Below are positions 28,270-35,026 of a DNA stretch of 35,026 nt, piece by piece. Positions within the stretch are counted from its first letter, which is position 1; every line of letters begins with the position of its first letter. The stretch spans positions 1 to 35,026 of the forward strand of contig JAZDEI010000292.1 in assembly GCA_043808945.1 (NCBI GenBank), given 5' to 3'. The notes under the pieces were generated by a model, which worked only from the letters and a program-made list of their open reading frames with translations, did no database searches and was not told the DNA's origin. Source of the stretch: Fidelibacterota bacterium. Its GTDB lineage: Bacteria; Fidelibacterota; UBA2242. The translations under genes and the position numbers were made by a program.

Positions 28270-29700
28270 ATGGAACTGTACAAAGAAAATCATTTAATCC
28301 GATTGTTCGAAGGCTGGGCCGCTGAAAGCGCCCGGAGTATTTCCGCCCTCCCGCTCTCCGGATCGTATCGTGAGTATTACCGGATTACCGGAGAAAAAAG
28401 AACCGCGCTCGGCGTCTTTAATCCCGATCGTAAAGAGAACACGGCCTTTATCGAATTCGCCCGGCATTTCCGTGCGATCGGATTGAACGTCCCGGAAATT
28501 TATGCCGAGGAAGCCAAAAATAACGTTTACCTCATTGAAGATCTCGGCGACCTGACACTGTACGCCTACTTAACGCAGGTTTACCAAAACGGTATTTTTC
28601 CCAAAAATCTGATAGAAGTATATAAAAAGACCATCGTCCAACTGCCGCGTTTTCAGATTCTGGCCGGCAAAGACCTGAATTATAACCACTGTTATCCGCG
28701 TGCCAGTTTCGACAAACGCTCGATGATGTGGGACCTGAATTATTTCAAATATTACTTCCTGAAATTAGCGAAAGTCAATTATGACGAACAGGAACTGGAA
28801 GACGATTTCCAGAAATTCAGCGATTATCTCCTGCAAACCGATTGCAATTACTTTCTCTATCGCGATTTCCAATCGCGCAATATCATGCTGGTTCACGGAG
28901 AACCGTATTTCATCGATTTCCAGGGTGGCCGCAAAGGCGCTTTACAATACGACATCGCTTCTCTGCTCTATGACGCCAAAGCCGACATTCCCCAGCATAT
29001 CCGGAACGTACTCCTGCAGGAATATATCCGGCAGGTCGGCCAACTCGTCAACATCGACGAAAAGTCATTTACCGAATATTATTGGGGATACGTCCTGATC
29101 CGCATCATGCAGGCCATGGGTTCATACGGATTCCGGGGATTTTACGAGAAAAAAGAACATTTCCTGCGCAGTATTCCCTTCGCTATTGCCAATCTGAATT
29201 ATATCCTGAACACCGTAACCCTGCCGGTTGAAATTCCGACGCTATGGAAAATCCTGAACAGAATCGCTGACTCACCGCAATTGAAAACCTTTCAAAAAAC
29301 GCCCAGCTCATTGAAAGTCACGATCAACAGCTTCGCTTATAAAAAGAACATTCCGGCCGATACGAGTGGCAACGGCGGCGGTTTTGTGTTCGATTGCCGG
29401 GCGATCCTTAATCCGGGACGCTATGAAAAATACAAAACGTTGGACGGGCGCCATCCGGCTGTAATCCGGTTTCTGAAAGAAGAAACCGACATCGATGAAT
29501 TTATGAGCCACGTCTATGCTCTCGTGGAGCGCAGTGTCAACGATTATATCGAGCGAAAATTCACCAGTCTGGTGGTTAATTTCGGGTGCACCGGCGGACA
29601 ACACCGCTCGGTATTCTGCGCTGAAGAACTCAGCCGTTATCTTATGAGCAAATACGATATCAGGATCGAATTGCATCATACCGAACTCGAGAACATGTAA
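28270..29700 (+). CDS. AmgK-like (APH-fold) anomeric amino-sugar kinase fused to a RapZ C-terminal domain
   Basis: 476 aa. The N-terminal part has APH/AmgK motifs: LSGSYREYYRI, VYLIEDLGD, LYRDFQSRNIML and FIDFQGGRKGALQYDIASLLYDA. The C-terminal roughly 135 aa align by eye with E. coli RapZ residues after about 150: INSFAYKKNIP...FVFDCRAILNPG against FESFGFKHGIP...YVFDVRFLPNP; GCTGGQHRSVFCAEELSRYL against [20 protein letters not shown]; and HHTELE against HRTLE. No Walker A motif is present. Confidence 0.8.
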   Translation: MELYKENHLIRLFEGWAAESARSISALPLSGSYREYYRITGEKRTALGVFNPDRKENTAFIEFARHFRAIGLNVPEIYAEEAKNNVYLIEDLGDLTLYAYLTQVYQNGIFPKNLIEVYKKTIVQLPRFQILAGKDLNYNHCYPRASFDKRSMMWDLNYFKYYFLKLAKVNYDEQELEDDFQKFSDYLLQTDCNYFLYRDFQSRNIMLVHGEPYFIDFQGGRKGALQYDIASLLYDAKADIPQHIRNVLLQEYIRQVGQLVNIDEKSFTEYYWGYVLIRIMQAMGSYGFRGFYEKKEHFLRSIPFAIANLNYILNTVTLPVEIPTLWKILNRIADSPQLKTFQKTPSSLKVTINSFAYKKNIPADTSGNGGGFVFDCRAILNPGRYEKYKTLDGRHPAVIRFLKEETDIDEFMSHVYALVERSVNDYIERKFTSLVVNFGCTGGQHRSVFCAEELSRYLMSKYDIRIELHHTELENM

Positions 29701-29733
29701 AATCTTTCAATCATCACACGCATGCCGGGTAAT

Positions 29734-29775
29734 AGTTTACAGTTTACAGTTTACAGTTCAGAGTTTACAGTTTGT
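29734..29775. repeat. Tandem heptanucleotide repeat, (AGTTTAC)n, 6 units
   Basis: The units read AGTTTAC AGTTTAC AGTTTAC AGTTCAG AGTTTAC AGTTTGT, giving 4 perfect and 2 degenerate copies. The repeat is intergenic, 34 nt after the kinase stop and about 90 nt before the next ATG. Confidence 0.9.
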
Positions 29776-29864
29776 AATTTGAATTTTGCTTCGATGAGAC
29801 TCCATCGGAACAACCTCCCGCGAAGGGGCTCCTGCAGAGCAATCTCCAACCTCCAATTTTCAAT

Positions 29865-30590
29865 ATGAAAGCCATGCTTCTGGCCGCCGGGCTGGGTAAA
29901 CGGCTAAAACCATTGACCGATCACACTCCGAAAGCATTGATTCCGGTCAATGGCACTTCCCTGCTCGAAATCGCAATTGGCTATTTAGCTCGTTTCGGTT
30001 TTAACGAAATCATCATCAATGTTCATCACCATGCCGGACAGGTAAAAGATTTTCTTGAAAGTAAACGTTTCTTCGGCCTCCATATTGAAATCTCCGATGA
30101 AACCGACCGTCTGCTCGATACCGGCGGCGGATTGAAAAAAGCCGCCTGGTTTTTTGATCAGAATGAACCTTTTCTCGTTTACAATGTCGATATTCTAAGC
30201 GATTTGAATCTCCGCGATTTTTATCAGGCGCATATAAAATCCGACGCGTTGGCGACATTAGCTGTTCGCAACCGTCCGACCCAGAGGTTTCTGCTTTTCG
30301 ATGCGGATAATTTCCTCTGCGGCTGGCAGAACGTTAAAACCGGGAAAACGATCAGCGCCCGGCCGGCCACCTCTACATTGCGACAGTTAGCTTTCAGTGG
30401 CATCCACGTGCTCGGTCCGGCCATTCTGAAGCATTTCCCGCCGGAAGATGTTTTCTCATTAATTGACCTGTACCTTCGACTCGCCCCGGATTATCCAATT
30501 AAATGTTACCGGCACAATGCTTCCCGTTGGTTGGACGTTGGGAAACCGGAAAATCTCGCCGAAGCCGGAGAATTTCTGGCCGCTTACTGA
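29865..30590 (+). CDS. murU: Sugar-1-phosphate nucleotidyltransferase, MurU-like (N-acetylmuramate alpha-1-phosphate uridylyltransferase family)
   Basis: 241 aa. The N-terminal motif is MKAMLLAAGLGKRLKPLTDHTPKALIPVNG, and a short single-domain NTP_transferase fold follows. It sits next to an AmgK-like kinase, as in the Pseudomonas amgK-murU pair. The symbol is tentative. Confidence 0.7.
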   Translation: MKAMLLAAGLGKRLKPLTDHTPKALIPVNGTSLLEIAIGYLARFGFNEIIINVHHHAGQVKDFLESKRFFGLHIEISDETDRLLDTGGGLKKAAWFFDQNEPFLVYNVDILSDLNLRDFYQAHIKSDALATLAVRNRPTQRFLLFDADNFLCGWQNVKTGKTISARPATSTLRQLAFSGIHVLGPAILKHFPPEDVFSLIDLYLRLAPDYPIKCYRHNASRWLDVGKPENLAEAGEFLAAY

Positions 30591-30618
30591 GATCCAGGGT
30601 TGTATTGATTTCAACTGC

Positions 30619-30637
30619 TATACAGGAACGCTGTATA
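30619..30637. terminator. Weak hairpin between the convergent murU-like and rodZ-like genes
   Basis: TATACAG-gaacg-CTGTATA, a 7-bp AT-rich stem. There is no clean U tract on either strand. Confidence 0.25.
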
Positions 30638-30661
30638 ATATTCCGGCGTACGGAAACTGAT

Positions 30662-31450
30662 TCAGCGCGTCGTGAAACTCTGACGTCTGATTATACCGTT
30701 CTTAGTGATAATGACACGGGTCGGAATAGCCGGTGCACCGACCGGTCCAAGATCTTTACCGTTTAATATTAAATTGACGCTGGTTGGCCGGCCAACCCGT
30801 ACATCAAATTGTTCTTTTGCGATTGCTTCCTTTTTGAAGTGCGGTGGCAAATTCGCTTCAAATGAATCCCGGTTATCCACAATTATTCTGATCCAGCAAC
30901 TGTCCTTCGTCAGAATCATCAATTTCAGATCAGTCTGCGGAACGACAGTTTGAGAATCCGTACTTGAAGCAGTCACAGCCAGAACCGTGTCAGCTGCTGG
31001 CACATCGGGGAACGCGGTAGTGATGCTTTTTTGCTTTTGGTCCACCATGACCTGTTTCAGGATAGAAATCATGAAGATAATTATTACCAGAATAATAACG
31101 ACGGTGGCGAAATTGCGATTACGTTTTGTGGTGCTAATATGTTCGCCTTTATTTTCCGGAATATCATGAATTATTTCGGTTGGAGTTGTCTGTTGTGCCG
31201 TCGGAGTTTCAGGTTCTATATCTTCTATTAAATTTTCGAATGCTTTGAGGACCGGTTGCGGGTCTATATCTAATTCGTGAGCATAAGCTTTCAGAAAGAG
31301 TCGGGTATACGTTTTTGGTAAAATTTTAAAATCGCCTGCTTCGATCGCATTGATAATTTCCTTGCTGATCTTTGTCCGGCCGGAAATCTGCTCAACTGAA
31401 AGACCGAGTGTTTCTCTTTTCTGCTTTAATTCTTCGTAGAACAGCATCAT
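30662..31450 (-). CDS. rodZ: RodZ-like cytoskeleton-associated protein (HTH + TM + DUF4115)
   Basis: 262 aa. The XRE-type HTH is LKQKRETLGLSVEQISGRTKISKEIINAIEAGDF and the central TM is FATVVIILVIIIFMISIL. The C-terminal beta-rich domain reads CWIRIIVDNRDSFEANL...VRVGRPTSVNLILNGKDLG. Confidence 0.75.
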   Translation of the reverse strand: MMLFYEELKQKRETLGLSVEQISGRTKISKEIINAIEAGDFKILPKTYTRLFLKAYAHELDIDPQPVLKAFENLIEDIEPETPTAQQTTPTEIIHDIPENKGEHISTTKRNRNFATVVIILVIIIFMISILKQVMVDQKQKSITTAFPDVPAADTVLAVTASSTDSQTVVPQTDLKLMILTKDSCWIRIIVDNRDSFEANLPPHFKKEAIAKEQFDVRVGRPTSVNLILNGKDLGPVGAPAIPTRVIITKNGIIRRQSFTTR

Positions 31451-31520
31451 CTTACCTCTTGATATTCACCTGCCACCCAGCAAATATCAGGATATTTATA
31501 TTTAAATTCAATAAAAACTT

Positions 31521-32093
31521 TTACAGACAGGAATATAATTCGTTTCGTACCTGTTCATAAAAAGCCGGTAAGGGAAATCCGACCACATTATAAAAACAGC
31601 CATCGATTCTGTCAACAAACGTGGCGCTGAAATCCTGAATGGCATAGGCTCCGGCTTTGTCGTAAGGATGGAAATTCCGGACGTAATATCGGATGTCGTC
31701 ATCGTTAATATTTTTAAAAAATACCTTAGTCTCGACGACGTTTTTCAAATAACGGCCGTTAGCCGAATTTAATACACAATAGCCGGTGAAGACACTATGT
31801 TCCGCTCCTCTCAGGAACTGCAACATCCGGACGGCATCGCTCTCATCAATCGGTTTGCCCAGAATTTGTCCATTACGGACGACAATCGTGTCGGCACCGA
31901 TCAGCCAGGCTCGCGGATAGTGAACTGCACCCGCCCGGGCTTTATTCAAAGCATGGTGGATTACGATCTGGTCTGGCAATTCATCCCGCGAGTTGTCTTC
32001 CTGATAATCGGGAACATGCACCTGATATTGCAGACCGATCATGTCTAATATTTCTTTGCGGCGCGGAGATTGAGATGCCAGGATCACCGGCAT
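31521..32093 (-). CDS. maf: Maf-family nucleoside triphosphate pyrophosphatase (septum formation protein Maf)
   Basis: MPVILASQSPRRKEILDMIGL...GKP...AGAYAIQ. The ATG at 32093 gives the canonical Maf N-terminus. The track start is a GTG at 32120 that overlaps the upstream stop (GTGA), and it remains possible. Confidence 0.88.
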   Translation of the reverse strand: MPVILASQSPRRKEILDMIGLQYQVHVPDYQEDNSRDELPDQIVIHHALNKARAGAVHYPRAWLIGADTIVVRNGQILGKPIDESDAVRMLQFLRGAEHSVFTGYCVLNSANGRYLKNVVETKVFFKNINDDDIRYYVRNFHPYDKAGAYAIQDFSATFVDRIDGCFYNVVGFPLPAFYEQVRNELYSCL

Positions 32094-32116
32094 ATCATAC
32101 CAATTTATCTGCAAGG

Positions 32117-35026
32117 TCACGATTTTACCATTTTCCCAATATATGAGTCTTTTTGGTCCAATTCGGACGATTGGACCTGAATTTTATAGATGTAAATGCC
32201 GCGAGCGATCTCATCGCCGAAATCATCCCGTCCATCCCAGTTTATCTGGTGAAATCCCGCCGTCAGCATTTCGTCACCGTCGATGGTTTTGATTCGCAAG
32301 CCCCGGATTGTGTAGACCGTTATTTTCACCTGACCGGCCTGCGTGAGGAAAAATACGAAATCGGTCTCATCCCTAAACGGATTTGGATAATTTACCACTT
32401 TTTCAAGATGGAGCTTTTCCGAAGAAGTCAGCGTAAAATCGGCGGTTGCCGTCGTATAATTATTGGCATTGTCCCAGGCTTTTACACTGATCTGATGAAC
32501 ACCGGCTGAGAGGTCTGGCAAAGCGGATAAAATCGTTCCGGAGGAATCGCTATCCGTATCATAGACGAAATCGGTGGTCATTTTATAAAGCAAATCTTTA
32601 TCTTCATCAAACTGCACGGAAATATCATGCCCGAGTTGCCCGGCGATATTGATTCCATGCTCATCCTCGATCTTTATTTCCAGTTTTTTGGTGGACGTAA
32701 CGATATCACCGGTAACGAAATTCATATCCTCGAATCCGATTTTGATCTCGGGACCGATGGTATCAATTTCAACCGAGTTTCCGGTAAATTTCAATGAATC
32801 GTAACAACCGCTCAATTCGGAGCCGGAGGTGTTATCCCAACCATAGAGTTTGATACGTCCGAATAAGTTTTGATAGTTGAGGTCCTTCGGGATAAAAAAA
32901 CTGGAAGTAAACGCACCGCTCGCGATGTTCAGATTGCCCCGGAATAGTACTTCACCAGGCAGAGTATAACTAAGACTTGAAGAAACTCCTGCACCCGTCA
33001 GATAATAGCGGGTAACGTATTGATCGCTATCAAATACGTTGATAATACCGGCGCCGTTGAAGTCCGGATTTGCGTCTTTAGCCCGGCCGGTAATGGCAAC
33101 ATTTTTTAAAGCCGATAAAGTATCACTGGGCATTTTATCAAATTCGGCTTTTTGATATGGCAAAGCCAGGTAGAGAGCCGGATCGCCGAACAGGATATAT
33201 TTTTCATTATTTTCATCTTGTCCGTTCAAGGTCATTTGCAGGAGAGTTCCTAGCCGGACCCGTGCAATCCTGCCGCCCGGAAATAACTTTTGTAACATGC
33301 TGCTTATGAAACTCGCATTTGGGCTTCCATAGGTTGGACGGGTAGCGGCCAAAGCCGCGATTCCACCGTCATCCGTCCTGGCAATCAGCGCTTCCGGCAT
33401 ACAGGTTGAATTAATATCGTCAAACTGACCCCAGCTACAGGTTCCGGCGATCCAAAACGGCAACTGCCCATCGGTATCGATCAAACCGATATCCCGGTCC
33501 ATATAGAGGACATATTCCTGCGCCCAGACTGTCGGACTGCCATGCCCGAGATAATTGATAATTGTCGTTCCGCGTTTAAGTTGATCCATTAGCGCTTGGG
33601 TCGCGGCTGGTTTTTTAACTCCGTAACTGGTAGCATCCTGTACTTCGGGATATTCTAATAAATAGAGTTTGTTGGTTATCAGGGATTTTGGAATATATCG
33701 GGCGATATAACTTTCGCTATCGGTTGTATGGCCAGGTTCATTATTCCAGGGCCTTACCGGATCATCGGCCATTAGGGTAATCCGACTGCGCCATTCCCCG
33801 TATTTCGGTTCAAGGAGGTACTGCCGCAATTTCTCATAATAATCCTGGGCTTCACTAAGGGTGCGGACTGTGATCCGGCCGACCGCCATGTCCATTATTT
33901 TATCACTACCGCTTATATAAACAAATCGCGCATCGGTGGAGTAATCGGTATCGCTGATAGTCTCGACCTGATAAGTCATGACGAGATTACCCTGACTGGA
34001 CTCTATCCCGCGGTAGTCGAACGTACCGTCACCCAGGATCATAACATACGCCGGAGCGGTAACCCAGTTTTCGTAGGCATATTTCAGAAAATAGCGAATG
34101 GCGTGCGGATCGTTAATATCCGCATTGAATTCCCGCAATATTTGGTTCTGGGTTACGACAATAGTCTTCAAGCGGTCGTCAGCCGGAACTTCCTGCGAGT
34201 AAAGAGTCGCAATCTTTTCCGCCGCCGGTAACAAACTTTCATGCGTGATAATTATATAATCGTAGTCATTGGCAGGATCACGAAGCTTAGCCCACTCCGG
34301 ATTCTCAATTAATGTGATATTATCCGGCTTTTTATAATCTGCCGGTGAATAAAGAAAATATTGATTACGTTGAGTGGAACTGGCGATGGCTTGGAATTTG
34401 ACCGTCTGGGCAGTCATATTGAATTGCCGGAGTGCTACATTTTTCCAGTCGGAAATATCCATGATAATCGGATTGGCGATTCCCAGGTCGGTTATCTGAT
34501 ACTCGACCGTACCATCATATAAAGGCGACCAGAATATCTGGGGCATCGTGAAAGATTCCAGATCGGCCGTGTAAAGACATTTGACATAATCGAGGTAAGC
34601 GCTGGCAGTGTTCAGGCTTGACGTATAATTAATTCTTAAAATATTTATTCCGGGTTGCAAAGTGGTCGTGAAATACCTGGCAAGGCTGCTGAAATTAGTG
34701 CATGACCATCTGGTGACCGGTGAAGTCGCAGAATTCAGATATAATGAAAAATTATGAAAAAGTTGCCCTTCGCTGGTTGCGCCTCTGGTTTTAATTGTCA
34801 GCTTCGCCGGATAGGATGTTTTGGTAGCCGGGAGATTAAGCAGTACGGTCACATTCGAACCGGAACTGGGAAACTTCTCGCCGTACCAGCTTTTTCCACC
34901 GCGCAGAAAGTTAGCCGATTCGAATTCATGTACTTCAAGGCGATCGGTCTCAGTAACCGTTTTAACGGAGGTTTCAGAGAGAGAAGGAATCCTGCTCATA
35001 GCTTTAGGGGAACCGGGCGTATCGGC
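32117..35026 (-). CDS. Gingipain-family (C25) cysteine peptidase with a T9SS C-terminal domain; PorU-like candidate. The N-terminus probably lies beyond the right edge.
   Basis: C25-type motifs are DYIIITHESLLPAAEKIATLY, YVMILGDGTFDYRG, INYLGHGSPTVWAQE (catalytic His region) and WIAGTCSWGQFDD (catalytic Cys region). The C-terminal T9SS/FlgD-Ig-like domain reads VVNYPNPFRDETDFVFFLTQAGQVKITVYTIRGLRI...WDGRDDFGDEIARGIYIYKIQV...GKMVKS. The frame has no stop between the ATG at 34999 and nt 35026. The M-start peptide MSRIPSLSETSVK has no signal sequence. Confidence 0.8.
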   Translation of the reverse strand, partial: ADTPGSPKAMSRIPSLSETSVKTVTETDRLEVHEFESANFLRGGKSWYGEKFPSSGSNVTVLLNLPATKTSYPAKLTIKTRGATSEGQLFHNFSLYLNSATSPVTRWSCTNFSSLARYFTTTLQPGINILRINYTSSLNTASAYLDYVKCLYTADLESFTMPQIFWSPLYDGTVEYQITDLGIANPIIMDISDWKNVALRQFNMTAQTVKFQAIASSTQRNQYFLYSPADYKKPDNITLIENPEWAKLRDPANDYDYIIITHESLLPAAEKIATLYSQEVPADDRLKTIVVTQNQILREFNADINDPHAIRYFLKYAYENWVTAPAYVMILGDGTFDYRGIESSQGNLVMTYQVETISDTDYSTDARFVYISGSDKIMDMAVGRITVRTLSEAQDYYEKLRQYLLEPKYGEWRSRITLMADDPVRPWNNEPGHTTDSESYIARYIPKSLITNKLYLLEYPEVQDATSYGVKKPAATQALMDQLKRGTTIINYLGHGSPTVWAQEYVLYMDRDIGLIDTDGQLPFWIAGTCSWGQFDDINSTCMPEALIARTDDGGIAALAATRPTYGSPNASFISSMLQKLFPGGRIARVRLGTLLQMTLNGQDENNEKYILFGDPALYLALPYQKAEFDKMPSDTLSALKNVAITGRAKDANPDFNGAGIINVFDSDQYVTRYYLTGAGVSSSLSYTLPGEVLFRGNLNIASGAFTSSFFIPKDLNYQNLFGRIKLYGWDNTSGSELSGCYDSLKFTGNSVEIDTIGPEIKIGFEDMNFVTGDIVTSTKKLEIKIEDEHGINIAGQLGHDISVQFDEDKDLLYKMTTDFVYDTDSDSSGTILSALPDLSAGVHQISVKAWDNANNYTTATADFTLTSSEKLHLEKVVNYPNPFRDETDFVFFLTQAGQVKITVYTIRGLRIKTIDGDEMLTAGFHQINWDGRDDFGDEIARGIYIYKIQVQSSELDQKDSYIGKMVKS

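Noticed and set aside
29758-29805. 15-codon minus-strand mini-ORF with a GGGAGG SD, considered as a stand-alone CDS feature
   Set aside because: It is too short, and its conservation is unknown, so I do not call it a gene. It is mentioned only in connection with the heptamer repeat.

Overview
This 35-kb segment is chromosomal, about 47% GC, densely coding, and mostly housekeeping. I found no tRNA or rRNA genes, CRISPR array, transposase, integrase or recognisable defence genes. Two proteins end in type IX secretion (T9SS) C-terminal sorting domains, and one of them is a gingipain-family (C25) PorU-like peptidase. Several genes also have clear Shine-Dalgarno sites (AGGAGG/GGAGG). Together these suggest an FCB-superphylum organism outside the classical Bacteroidia; that placement is an inference.

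Gene content, left to right:
- A CHASE2 adenylate cyclase, open at the left edge and missing from the ORF track, follows a transglutaminase-like secreted protein on the minus strand.
- A plus-strand operon encodes a multi-cluster flavoprotein (2Fe-2S / FAD / 2x4Fe-4S / BFD fusion), a DAO-family beta subunit and a class I aminotransferase.
- An FMN-riboswitch-controlled ribD-ribE-ribBA-ribH operon runs, with only a 3-nt gap, into a T9SS beta-propeller cargo gene.
- An M20 peptidase.
- An APC permease fused to a PTS EIIA(Ntr)-type domain.
- An EamA transporter.
- A K+-type membrane pyrophosphatase.
- gdhA.
- A tightly packed minus-strand operon, ltaE-trkA-GATase-nfi-pspC.
- A plus-strand cluster: a GH42-like mini TIM barrel, an AmgK-like amino-sugar kinase fused to a RapZ C-terminal domain, a 7-bp tandem repeat, and a MurU-like nucleotidyltransferase.
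- rodZ and maf.
- The C25/PorU-like peptidase, whose frame is open at the right edge.

The most unusual element is the kinase::RapZ-CTD fusion and its cluster (27.2-30.6 kb). The permease::EIIA fusion and the riboswitch-to-T9SS-cargo coupling come next. Several ORF-track starts are over-extended and are corrected below: ribD, ribE, the M20 peptidase, gdhA, ltaE, maf and the permease.
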